Shown here piece by piece: positions 10,014-20,497 of a DNA stretch of 64,000 nt (position 1 is the first letter of the stretch; each line of letters begins with the position of its first letter). Under the pieces are notes generated by a model. It worked only from the letters and a program-made list of their open reading frames with translations, was not told the DNA's origin and searched no databases. This DNA is from a bacterium (GTDB taxonomy: Bacteria > CG2-30-53-67), in NCBI GenBank assembly GCA_919901565.1, contig CAKKPE010000138.1:11936-75935 (forward strand), written 5' to 3'. A program made the translations under genes and the position numbers.

Positions 10014-10766
10014 ATGACTGTCACCGCCGTGATTCCCGCCCGTTATGCGTCCACCAGGCTTCCGGGCAAACCTCTTCTGAAAATCGGCGGGAAGCCCATG
10101 ATTCAATGGGTCTATGAGCGGGTGGGCCGTGCCTCTCTGGTCCAGGATGTGATCGTGGCCACGGATGACCGCAGGATCCATGATGCAGTGCAGGCCTTCG
10201 GCGGGCGGTGCGTGATGACTTCTCCGAACCATACTACAGGCACGGACCGGCTTGCCGAGGCGGCCGCAGATTTGAAATCCGACATCATCGTTAATGTACA
10301 GGGGGATGAGCCGTTGATCGAGCCCGGGGTCATAGACGCCTGTATCCGACCCATGATGGACGGGGGGGCCTTTCCGGCGGCGACCTCCTGCACGAGGATT
10401 AGGTCCCGGGAGGAGCTTCTCAATCCGGACGTGGTCAAGGTGGTTACGGACCTGGACGGTTTTGCGCTCTATTTCTCCAGGTTCCCGATACCCTGCGACC
10501 GGGATCAAGGCCCGCTTTCGGTGGATCTGTTCCTGAACCAGTTTTTTAAGCATATAGGGCTTTATGTCTACCGGAGGGATTTTCTGCTGGAGTACAGCCG
10601 CATGGCGCCGACGCCGCTGGAGGTCCGGGAAAAACTGGAACAGTTGAGAATCCTGGAAAACGGGTACAGGATCCGGGTGGTGGAAACAAAGTACGATTCG
10701 ATCTCAGTGGATACGGAGGAGGATCTGAGGAGGGTGCAGGATCTCATGAAATCCGGTTCTGTTTGA
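10014..10766 (+). CDS. kdsB: 3-deoxy-manno-octulosonate cytidylyltransferase (CMP-KDO synthetase)
   Basis: The N-terminus AVIPARYASTRLPGKPLLKIGGKPMIQWVYER is the KdsB signature. Confidence 0.9.
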   Translation: MTVTAVIPARYASTRLPGKPLLKIGGKPMIQWVYERVGRASLVQDVIVATDDRRIHDAVQAFGGRCVMTSPNHTTGTDRLAEAAADLKSDIIVNVQGDEPLIEPGVIDACIRPMMDGGAFPAATSCTRIRSREELLNPDVVKVVTDLDGFALYFSRFPIPCDRDQGPLSVDLFLNQFFKHIGLYVYRRDFLLEYSRMAPTPLEVREKLEQLRILENGYRIRVVETKYDSISVDTEEDLRRVQDLMKSGSV

Positions 10767-10859
10767 AGAGTTTAAATCGTTCAAAAAGTTCAAATGGTTC
10801 AATTCGGTTAAACGGTTTAAACGGCTTAAACTATTTGAACGGCTTGAGCAGTTTTATAG

Positions 10860-12521
<1,662 letters not shown>

Positions 12522-12635
12522 GTAAAATAAGTAAGAGGGTTCTAAACAGTTCATTGTGGGTAACGTTCTGTTTTGTAAGCCAGATTGAACGCACATTGAA
12601 ACCGTGGAGTCCAGGATTAGGAGCCAAAGCGCTGA

Positions 12636-12790
12636 GGGCTGTCCCTTCTCCCCCGATGGGGGAGAAGGTTGGGATGAGGGGTAAAGATTCGATTTTCCCC
12701 CTCACCCCTGATTGATACATTCGAGGGCGGGCCTTTGTCCTCTCCCCCCTGCGGGGGAGAGGAGACTTCTCGATGTAAGTCTTCGCCCAC
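12636..12790. repeat. REP-like palindromic repeat cluster
   Basis: It contains CCCTTCTCCCCCgaTGGGGGAGAAGG, GTTGGGATGAGGGG, CCCTCACCCCTGATTGATACATTCGAGGGCGGGCCTTTGTCC and CTCTCCCCCCtgcGGGGGAGAGG. Confidence 0.7.
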
Positions 12791-12943
12791 CAATAGGGGC
12801 AAGGGGACGAGGGAGCAAGAGTAGAAGGTTGAAAGGTTGAAGAGTTGAAAGGTTCAAGGGTTTTTCTTGAGCCTATAAGCTTTGAAATCCTGAAATCCTT
12901 GAGCTTTGGAACCCCGTAACCCTCGATCCGTTCAGCCAAGTGA

Positions 12944-13804
12944 GTGGCAAGAGAACCTGTAGGTACTGACATGACACACAAAGTAAAGATCGGTCCGGTT
13001 ACCATCGGGGGCGGTGCCCCCCTGGTCCTGATCGCGGGGCCCTGCGTGATCGAGAGCGAAGCCATGGTCATGAACACGGCCGAGGCCCTGAAGAAGATCG
13101 CCCTTGATGCCGGGATCCCCCTGATCTTCAAGTCCTCCTATGACAAGGCCAACCGGTCCTCGCACTCGTCTTTCCGCGGGCCTGGCCTGCAAGCCGGGCT
13201 CAGGATTCTGCAGTGGGTCCGAGAGGAATTTTCCCTTCCTCTGATTTCGGATGTCCACACACAGGAGGAGATCGGACCGGCAGCGGAGGTACTGGACGTG
13301 CTCCAGATCCCGGCGTTCCTTTGCAGACAGAGCGATTTCATCATGCAGGTGGCCAGGGCCGGTCGTCCGGTCAATGTGAAGAAGGGTCAGTTCATGGCGC
13401 CCTGGGACATGAAGAATGTGGTGGAGAAGATCCGGCATGCGGGGAACCAGAATGTTTTGATCACAGAGCGGGGGGCCAGCTTCGGATATAACAACCTTGT
13501 GGCGGACATGCGAGCGCTTCCGATCATGCGCGGTTTCGGCGTTCCGGTGGTCTTCGACGGTACGCACAGTGTGCAGCTTCCCGGGGGACAGGGGACCTCT
13601 TCGGGCGGACAGCGGGAGTTTGTTCCATATCTTACGCGTGCGGCCGTTGCCGCCGGAGTGGACGGGATCTTCCTGGAGGTCCACCCCAGTCCCGATGAGG
13701 CGTTGTCTGACGGCCCTAATATGCTGGCGCTGAAAGACCTTCCGGATCTTTTGTCCCAGGTCATGGAGATTGATGCCGTCGTGAGGATAAACAAGGAGCA
13801 TTAA
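12944..13804 (+). CDS. kdsA: 3-deoxy-8-phosphooctulonate synthase
   Basis: The N-terminus [31 protein letters not shown] identifies KdsA. The true start may be the ATG at 12971. Confidence 0.9.
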   Translation: MAREPVGTDMTHKVKIGPVTIGGGAPLVLIAGPCVIESEAMVMNTAEALKKIALDAGIPLIFKSSYDKANRSSHSSFRGPGLQAGLRILQWVREEFSLPLISDVHTQEEIGPAAEVLDVLQIPAFLCRQSDFIMQVARAGRPVNVKKGQFMAPWDMKNVVEKIRHAGNQNVLITERGASFGYNNLVADMRALPIMRGFGVPVVFDGTHSVQLPGGQGTSSGGQREFVPYLTRAAVAAGVDGIFLEVHPSPDEALSDGPNMLALKDLPDLLSQVMEIDAVVRINKEH

Positions 13805-13807
13805 CCC

Positions 13808-13985
13808 ATCACCTCTCTCCTCTCCCCGCGGGGGAGAGGAAGTAAGAAGGGATGCCATCTCTCCCCTTGCGGGAGAGGAAGCAAAGAGGGATACAACCTC
13901 TCCCCTTGCGGGAGGGGAAATAAAGAGAGATACTACCACCATATCCCCTTTCCCCTTGTGTGGGGGTTAGGGTGAGGGGGAGAAA
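13808..13985. repeat. Three tandem CTCTCCCC-N-GGGGAGAG hairpins plus GGGTGAGGGGG module (REP-like)
   Basis: The hairpins ctctccccgcgggggagagg, ctctccccttgcgggagagg and ctctccccttgcgggagggg are spaced about 36 bp apart within the kdsA-kdsD intergenic region. Confidence 0.7.
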
Positions 13986-14994
13986 ACTTCGGATGAGAGA
14001 GCCTATGAAGACCAAAGAAAATCTCGTGATCGCAACCGCCAAAGAGACCCTGAAGATCGAGGCCGAGGCCATTCTCTCCATGATGGACCGGATGAATGAG
14101 AGCTTCGGACAGGCGGTTGAAGCCATATACGACTGCAAGGGCCGGGTGGTCGTGACCGGGATGGGAAAATCCGGCATCATCGCCAGAAAGATCGCCTCCA
14201 CTTTCTCCAGTACCGGGACCCCGGCCTTGTTTTTCCATCCGGCCGAGGGGATACACGGAGACCTGGGGATGATCGTCAAAGGTGATCTGGCCCTGGCACT
14301 TTCCAACAGCGGTGAGACCGAAGAGTTGTCTGTGATCCTGCCCCTGATCAAGCGCCAGGGAAATATTCTGATCGCCATGACCGGGGATCTCGGCTCTACC
14401 CTTGCGAAACGGAGCGATATCGTACTCGATGTGGGGGTAAAGAAAGAAGCCTGTCCTTTGGGTCTCGCCCCTACGGCCAGCACCACCGCTGCCCTGGCCA
14501 TGGGCGATGCCCTGGCCGTGGCCCTGCTGAATAAGAGGGGGTTCAAGGCCGAAGACTTTGCCCTGTTCCACCCCGGCGGGACTCTGGGGAAGAAACTCCT
14601 GATCAAGGTCTCGGATGTGATGCACGTGGGGAATGAAGTGCCCCAGGTCAGGGGCTCTGACCCGATGAAGGACGCCATCTATGAGATCACCTCGAAGAAG
14701 CTCGGGATGACCACCGTCATTGACGGCAAGGGGAAATTCAAGGGGATCATCACCGACGGGGACCTCAGGAGATTCCTGGAGAAAGAGATCGGTTTCAGGA
14801 ATGATCCTCTTTCGAAAAAGGCTGAAGACGTGATGACCAGGAACCCCAAGACCATCGAGGGGGATGCATTGGCCGCTAAGGCCGTCCAGATCATGGAGAG
14901 CTGCTCCATTACCTCTCTGGTCATCCTGAACGATTCAAAGAAACCCATAGGCGTCGTCCATCTGCATGATTTGCTAAAGGCAGGAGTCGTATAA
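13960..14994 (+). CDS. kdsD: Arabinose-5-phosphate isomerase (KpsF/GutQ family; SIS domain plus tandem CBS)
   Basis: The SIS motif VVVTGMGKSGIIARKIASTFSSTGTPA is followed by two CBS-like repeats. The true start is probably internal (MKTKEN). Confidence 0.85.
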   Translation: MGVRVRGRKLRMREPMKTKENLVIATAKETLKIEAEAILSMMDRMNESFGQAVEAIYDCKGRVVVTGMGKSGIIARKIASTFSSTGTPALFFHPAEGIHGDLGMIVKGDLALALSNSGETEELSVILPLIKRQGNILIAMTGDLGSTLAKRSDIVLDVGVKKEACPLGLAPTASTTAALAMGDALAVALLNKRGFKAEDFALFHPGGTLGKKLLIKVSDVMHVGNEVPQVRGSDPMKDAIYEITSKKLGMTTVIDGKGKFKGIITDGDLRRFLEKEIGFRNDPLSKKAEDVMTRNPKTIEGDALAAKAVQIMESCSITSLVILNDSKKPIGVVHLHDLLKAGVV

Positions 14995-15028
14995 CCTTCA
15001 TTTCATTAATCAGAAAAGGAGTCCCGAT

Positions 15029-16210
15029 ATGGTTGAGGCCCGAGAGGTGCAGATGCAATCCGAGATCAGCAGGCTCCTGCTTCATGATTCCAAAGACAGA
15101 GAGAAATTCAGCCGGAAGGTGAATCACCTTGCCGAACGCATGGGAGATGAGCTATATCCCTCAATGCTCTTCACCACAGCCCACCTCGATTTTGAAAAAG
15201 CAGCGGCAAAAAAACACTGGAAAGAGATTCTCCGGCACTGGGAAGGAATGAGCCGTGACGTAAAACGGGATATTGATTTCCGGGTGGCCATGCTCGATTA
15301 TTTTATAGCCATCAACCGGAGGATCAGGAATCCGAAAATCATCGAGATCAAGATCTTCCAGAAGACGCAGCAGGAGACACTGATCGACGAGCTGACCCAG
15401 CTCTACAATTACCGCTACTTTATCAAGAGCCTGGACCAGGAGATCGTGAGGGCGAGCCGATATCATTCCCCCCTGACCCTGGTGATCTTTGATGCGGATG
15501 ATTTCAAACATTACAATGATAACAACGGCCATCTTGCCGGAAACAAGGCTCTGAAAAAGCTTGCCAGGATCATTCAGTCAAGCGTACGGAACGTGGACGT
15601 TGTGGCCAGGTACGGAGGGGAGGAGTTTGCCCTGATTCTTCCGGAGACCAACAAGGAAGGGGGCCTGGTTATTTCCGACCGGATCCGGGAGAAGGTCGAA
15701 AGGAACGCATTCCTGAAAGGTGAGAAGCAGCCGCTCAAGAGATTTACCGTGAGCGGAGGGATCGCCACCTTGAATGTGGATGCAACAATCGGGTCAGATC
15801 TGATCAAGAAGGCCGACCAGGCCCTCTACCGCGCCAAGGCCAGGGGCAAGAACCAGATCGCCCTGTACGTCGACGAGAGGCGGGACTTCGATCGGATCAG
15901 GATCTCCCTTTCGGGCCGGCTCGCCGTGGTTTCGGATACCGGTGATGTGTTTGAGGCCCTGAACATCAGCGTAGGGGGCATCCTGTTCCATTTTCACAAG
16001 GCCATCCCTGTGGGATCCATTCTCCATCTCTCCCTGAATCTTCCCGGACGAAAGAGGCCCATAAACTGCAAGGCCAAGGTCAGACGGGTGGAAGAAGTGA
16101 AAAAGAATAAAACATACGAGATCGGCGTCAGCATCACCCAGATCCGGCAGCCGGAAAAGAACGCACTCAAGCGCTTTATTACTATGTCGGCGGAAAAGAA
16201 AAAAAAATAG
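15029..16210 (+). CDS. Diguanylate cyclase (GGDEF) with a C-terminal PilZ domain
   Basis: The GGDEF core reads RYGGEEFALILPET. The C-terminus RISLSGRL...VGGILFHF...PINCKAKVRRVEE is PilZ-like. Confidence 0.75.
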   Translation: MVEAREVQMQSEISRLLLHDSKDREKFSRKVNHLAERMGDELYPSMLFTTAHLDFEKAAAKKHWKEILRHWEGMSRDVKRDIDFRVAMLDYFIAINRRIRNPKIIEIKIFQKTQQETLIDELTQLYNYRYFIKSLDQEIVRASRYHSPLTLVIFDADDFKHYNDNNGHLAGNKALKKLARIIQSSVRNVDVVARYGGEEFALILPETNKEGGLVISDRIREKVERNAFLKGEKQPLKRFTVSGGIATLNVDATIGSDLIKKADQALYRAKARGKNQIALYVDERRDFDRIRISLSGRLAVVSDTGDVFEALNISVGGILFHFHKAIPVGSILHLSLNLPGRKRPINCKAKVRRVEEVKKNKTYEIGVSITQIRQPEKNALKRFITMSAEKKKK

Positions 16211-16329
16211 CGTTCTCAACAGGATCGTGTGGGTAATAACAGGCAACGAAAAAGCAGGGGCATCCCGGGAGGCATCCCCCACAGGGTTGAGCGAGCAGTC
16301 TGGCATTGAGTCTCTTCTCCCTCATTTGT

Positions 16330-16515
16330 GGGCGAAGACTTAGTGGTACTGTTCATAAATACGGTCGTATTCGAGTGCCGTAGGGCGTTCTCCTCTGCGT
16401 TGTGCTCCTTGCGGTGTACCAGAGGGGTACGCCTCAGTCGCGCGCCTTGATGAGACCGCCCTACGACCATCTCGGTACGTTACCATATTTATGAACAGGA
16501 CCACTTAGATCGAGA
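16330..16515. repeat. Long imperfect hairpin element (~50-bp arms) of the GTGGTnCTGTTCATAAATA family
   Basis: Arm 1 is cttagtggtactgttcataaatacggtcgtattcgagtgccgtagggcg and arm 2 is its imperfect reverse complement. Related sequences lie at 33712..33748 and 50160..50205. Confidence 0.55.
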
Positions 16516-16548
16516 AGTCTCCTCTCCCCCGCAGGGGGGAGAGTCCGG
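16508..16548. repeat. REP-like palindrome (CTCTCCCCCgcaGGGGGGAGAG)
   Basis: It lies immediately 3' of the mazG stop codon. Confidence 0.6.
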
Positions 16549-16549
16549 C

Positions 16550-17338
16550 CTACCCCTTTTCCAGGCGCTTGGCTTCCTCCCAGAGACGGTCCATATCTTC
16601 AAGAGAGAGCGTATGGAGTTTAAGCCCGTTCCGGACGGCGTACTCTTCGATATGCTGGAACCGGGATATGAAACGCTGTGTGGATTTCTTCAGGGCGTCT
16701 TCCGAACTTACACGGATGAACCGGGAGAGGTTCACCAGGGCGAACAGGATGTCCCCGAGTTCGTGTTCCATTTCAACGGGATCGTTTCCATCCAAGGCAT
16801 GTTTCAACTCCTGAAATTCCTCCTCCACCTTCTTGAGGACCTCGGAGGTTTCTTCCCAGTCAAATCCCACGCGGGCGGCCCGGTCCTGCAGACGGCCCGC
16901 CCTGACCAGGGCCGGAAGGGCCTGCGGAATCCCCTCGAGGATAGACCGACGCTCCTTGCCTTTCCTCTCCTCCCGCTTGATCTGCTCCCATCGGTGGAGC
17001 ACCTCTTCGGCATTCTCCGCCTTCTCATCCCCGAACACGTGAGGGTGCCTCCTCAAAAGCTTTTCGTTGATCCCCCGGACCACATCCTCAAAGGAAAAGG
17101 CCTGGTCCTCCTTCCCGATCTGGGAGAGGAAAACGATCTGCAAAAGCAGGTCCCCCAGCTCCTCAGAGACCCGCCCCTTGTCCCCGCTTTCGATGGCCTC
17201 CAGCACCTCGTAGGTTTCCTCGATCAAAAAAGGTTTGAGTGACTCCATGGTCTGCTTCCTGTCCCAGGGGCAGCCCTTGTCCGAGCGGAGGTGTTCCATG
17301 ATCGAGAGAAGCTTGTCCATTCCGGTTTTGTTATCCAT
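16550..17338 (-). CDS. mazG: Nucleoside triphosphate pyrophosphohydrolase MazG
   Basis: The sequence LLSIMEHLRSDKGCPWDRKQTMESLKPFLIEETYEVLEAIE is followed by a second EExxE repeat in the C-terminal half. Confidence 0.85.
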   Translation of the reverse strand: MDNKTGMDKLLSIMEHLRSDKGCPWDRKQTMESLKPFLIEETYEVLEAIESGDKGRVSEELGDLLLQIVFLSQIGKEDQAFSFEDVVRGINEKLLRRHPHVFGDEKAENAEEVLHRWEQIKREERKGKERRSILEGIPQALPALVRAGRLQDRAARVGFDWEETSEVLKKVEEEFQELKHALDGNDPVEMEHELGDILFALVNLSRFIRVSSEDALKKSTQRFISRFQHIEEYAVRNGLKLHTLSLEDMDRLWEEAKRLEKG

Positions 17339-17387
17339 GGAGGAATCATAAAACTTTCAAGGTGCAGAGTCAATAAACGAATTATGC

Positions 17388-17640
17388 TCATTTCCCCCCT
17401 CACCCCCGATTGATAAATTCGAGGGCAGGCCTTTGTCCTATCCTCATGGAAAGAGGAAGTTCAATTGTCCCTTCTCCCCTGAGGGGAGAAGGTTAGGATG
17501 AGGGGGCTCCTTCCGGTCAACCCCTCACCCTTGCCCTCTCCCCATTCATGGGGAGAGGGTAGCTGCTATGGCCTAATTTTTTCTATGTCCCTTCTCCCCA
17601 TGGGGGAGAAGGTTAGGATGAGGGGGTATTATTATTGCTC
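17388..17640. repeat. REP-like palindromic repeat cluster (four units)
   Basis: The units read GTCCCTTCTCCCCtgaGGGGAGAAGGTTAGGATGAGGGGG, CCCCTCACCCTTGCCCTCTCCCCattcatGGGGAGAGGG and ttctatGTCCCTTCTCCCCatGGGGGAGAAGGTTAGGATGAGGGGG. Confidence 0.75.
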
Positions 17641-17782
17641 CTGAAATAACAAGATGTTATTAGAGCATTTTCATACAGTGCTTCTCCAGCCATAGCTCAA
17701 ATGAAAAATCACTTGCGAAAGCATGAAAATATGGCATAGTATTTACAACGGATATTTAAACCAAAGGAGACGAGATTATTGG

Positions 17783-17995
17783 ATCTTTCGTAAGAAAGTT
17801 AAACGGCCGTAGAAATTAAAGATGAAGAATCAAAAATCAAAATGACAGTGTAAAAATCAAATTTATATTTTTCAATTTTTATATTTTGATTTGTCATTTT
17901 GATTTTTTATATTTGACCCTTGATTCTTAAGATGTGCAAGAAATATTTTAATTTCCAATCTCTGTGTGGTTCAACTTAAACACGAAAGAGAGGAT
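17783..17995. mobile_element. ~200-bp MITE-like element: TIR (CTTTCGT..AAGTT.AAC), AT-rich long palindrome, conserved right module GTGCAAGAA...TTTGATTTCCAAT...GGTTCAACTTAAACACGAAAGAG
   Basis: Copies lie at 29120..29325 and 53285..53488. Palindrome-only copies lie at 36838..36930 and 38935..39040, and a right-end-only copy at 1806..1860. Confidence 0.6.
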
Positions 17996-18000
17996 TTGTT

Positions 18001-19365
18001 ATGAGTTTGAAATCCATCAACCCTGCAACCGGAGACGTTCTCAAGGTCTTTGAAGAATGGACCGACGGCAAGGTCCGCGCCACCCTTGAAGACGTGCACA
18101 AGGCCTTCCTGATCTGGCGGGAGGTTTCTTTCGAGCAGAGGGCGGGCCTCATGAAAAAGGCCGCCGGTCTATTGCGATCCCGTCAGGCTGGATATGCAAA
18201 GACCATGGCCCTGGAGATGGGGAAGCCTGTCACGCAGGGGAGGGCCGAGATCGAGAAGTGCGCCCTGGCCTGCGAGTACTATGCAGAACATGCCGCCGGT
18301 TTTTTAAAGGATGAAATCATCGAATCCGGTGCAGGGAAGAGCTATGTCCGCTTTCCGCCGCTGGGTACCATCCTGGCCGTCATGCCCTGGAACTTTCCGT
18401 TCTGGCAGGTCTTCCGGTTCGCGGCCCCGGCATTGATGGCCGGCAACACCGGTGTCCTCAAGCATGCCTCCAATGTGCCGGAATGCGCGCTCGCCATCGA
18501 AGAGGTCTTCAGGGACGCGGGCTTCCCGGAAAATGTCTTTCGTACCATCCTCATCGGATCATCCGGGGTGGGCCCTGTGATCGGGCACCCCCTAGTCAGG
18601 GCCGTGACCCTGACTGGGAGCGAAGCCGCAGGGCGTAGCGTGGCTGAAAAGGCGGGCAGGGCCTTGAAAAAGACCGTGCTGGAACTCGGCGGGAGTGATC
18701 CATTCATTGTGCTCCCGGATGCGGATCTTGCAAATTGTGTTGCTGTAGCGGCCCAGGCCCGCACCATCAATTCCGGCCAGAGCTGCATCGCCGCCAAACG
18801 GTTCATCGTGGCGGACGCAGCCGCGGATGAATTCCTTGGGCTCTTCCGGAAGAGCATGGAGTCCCTGATTGTGGGCGATCCCCTAAACGAGAAGACCCAG
18901 GTGGGGCCCCAGGCGCGTGAGGATCTGATGCGGGAGCTTCACTCCCAGGTTGAAAAATCCATTGGCATGGGGGCCCGCCTCATCACCGGCGGGAAGCCCC
19001 TGGACCGCCCGGGTTATTTCTATCCCCCCACGATTCTTGAAGACGTGAGGCCGGGCATGCCCGCCTTTGATCAAGAGCTCTTCGGGCCCGTGGCCGCGGT
19101 AGTCCGGGCCAAAGACGAAGATGAGGCCATTGATCTCGCCAACCGCACATCATTCGGACTGGGCGCATCCCTCTGGACACGTGATCAACAAAGAGGCGAG
19201 GCGCTCGCGCATCGCATAGAGGCCGGGGCGGTCTTTGTGAACGGCATGGTGGCAAGCGACCCCAGACTCCCTTTCGGAGGGATCAAGGCCTCAGGCTACG
19301 GCCGAGAACTGTCCCACTACGGCATCAAGGAATTCGTAAACATCCAGACCGTATGGATCAAATAA
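18001..19365 (+). CDS. NAD(P)-dependent aldehyde dehydrogenase (succinate-semialdehyde dehydrogenase-like)
   Basis: The catalytic region ELGGSDP...NSGQSCIAAKR and the 454-aa length match the ALDH family. Confidence 0.85.
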   Translation: MSLKSINPATGDVLKVFEEWTDGKVRATLEDVHKAFLIWREVSFEQRAGLMKKAAGLLRSRQAGYAKTMALEMGKPVTQGRAEIEKCALACEYYAEHAAGFLKDEIIESGAGKSYVRFPPLGTILAVMPWNFPFWQVFRFAAPALMAGNTGVLKHASNVPECALAIEEVFRDAGFPENVFRTILIGSSGVGPVIGHPLVRAVTLTGSEAAGRSVAEKAGRALKKTVLELGGSDPFIVLPDADLANCVAVAAQARTINSGQSCIAAKRFIVADAAADEFLGLFRKSMESLIVGDPLNEKTQVGPQAREDLMRELHSQVEKSIGMGARLITGGKPLDRPGYFYPPTILEDVRPGMPAFDQELFGPVAAVVRAKDEDEAIDLANRTSFGLGASLWTRDQQRGEALAHRIEAGAVFVNGMVASDPRLPFGGIKASGYGRELSHYGIKEFVNIQTVWIK

Positions 19366-19723
19366 ATGGCCTGTTCCTGGGTAACCCCAAGGGTGTGACC
19401 CCAAGGGTGTGCAATTGACTGCTGAAGAAACAGCGTCTTTGAGGTTCCATTTTGGAACCTCAAACATTGGAAGAGGCGGCAGAAGATACTTACCGTACGC
19501 CTTCACAGAGAACGGTGTGGTCATGCTTTCCAGCGTTTTGCAATGATGTTTTGAAACGAAATGCGGTTTTTTATTGAAATGCATGTGGTAGCAGTACAAA
19601 TGTGAGTCAAGAGCGCATGACCCCATGAGGGTTCTTTGTCGGTCCTCTATCCCTACATCCTTCCATCCTCCGGAATTATATTGACTTGATCTCTCAATAT
19701 CTGGTAAATAATAGAGATAATAG

Positions 19724-20053
19724 GTGGAAATCAGCAGACACCATGATGAGGGATTAAGAGTGAAGAAAGTTGAAGAAATCAAAAAGACTCTCGAAAAAAA
19801 CAAATCCACGATTCAAAGGCGATTCAAAGTAAAAGAAATCTGTATCTTCGGATCTTACGTCAGAGGGGAATCCAAAGATAAGAGCGATTTGGATATCCTT
19901 GTTGAGTTTTCTCAACCCGTAGGTTTTTTTGCCTTCCTGGATCTCGAGGAATACCTGACCGATTTGCTTGGAGTCAGAGTGGATCTTGTATCGAAAAAGG
20001 CATTGAAGCCTAAGATTGGCAAGAATATCCTGAAAGAGATGATCCCAGTATGA
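19724..20053 (+). CDS. mntA: Nucleotidyltransferase-family antitoxin (MntA-like, type VII TA)
   Basis: The minimal nucleotidyltransferase motif is [24 protein letters not shown]. The likely start is GTG at 19760. The stop overlaps the next start (ATGA). Confidence 0.7.
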   Translation: MEISRHHDEGLRVKKVEEIKKTLEKNKSTIQRRFKVKEICIFGSYVRGESKDKSDLDILVEFSQPVGFFAFLDLEEYLTDLLGVRVDLVSKKALKPKIGKNILKEMIPV

Positions 20054-20310
20054 CAAAAAGGGAGTATGGTGACTACCTTCAGGATATTCTCGATTCCATT
20101 ACCGACATGGACGAATTCGTGCAGGGCATGACATTTGAGACATTCCATAAAGACAAGAAGACAGTGAATGCAGTCATACGGAGCATTGAGATTATAGGTG
20201 AGGCGGCAAAAAACATACCCGCTTCATTCCGAAATCAACATCCAGAAATTCCGTGGAAGAAGATGGCGGGAATGCGCGATAAACTCATCCATGGATACCC
20301 ATCATCCTGA
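20050..20310 (+). CDS. hepT: HepT-like toxin (DUF86, RNase)
   Basis: The DUF86 motif reads [41 protein letters not shown]. There is a 4-bp overlap with the upstream nucleotidyltransferase gene. Confidence 0.7.
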   Translation: MTKREYGDYLQDILDSITDMDEFVQGMTFETFHKDKKTVNAVIRSIEIIGEAAKNIPASFRNQHPEIPWKKMAGMRDKLIHGYPSS

Positions 20311-20497
20311 CCTTCTCCCCGCAGGGGAGAAGGGACATAAGGAAGAGATCAGGATTAAGATTACGACACAGCCTCGTAGGGGAGAAGTGATCTTCACCGT
20401 TCATCCCCGGATACTCAAGACGAATACTCGTGACATAAAACTCTTGACGTTGCCTGCCTTGAGGATGTCCGCTTGGGGGATAAGATGAACCCGGGTA

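Noticed and set aside
19291-19809. 172-aa minus-strand ORF spanning the ALDH 3' end and the mntA start
   Set aside because: It overlaps two supported genes and an intergenic hairpin, and has no domain-like sequence.
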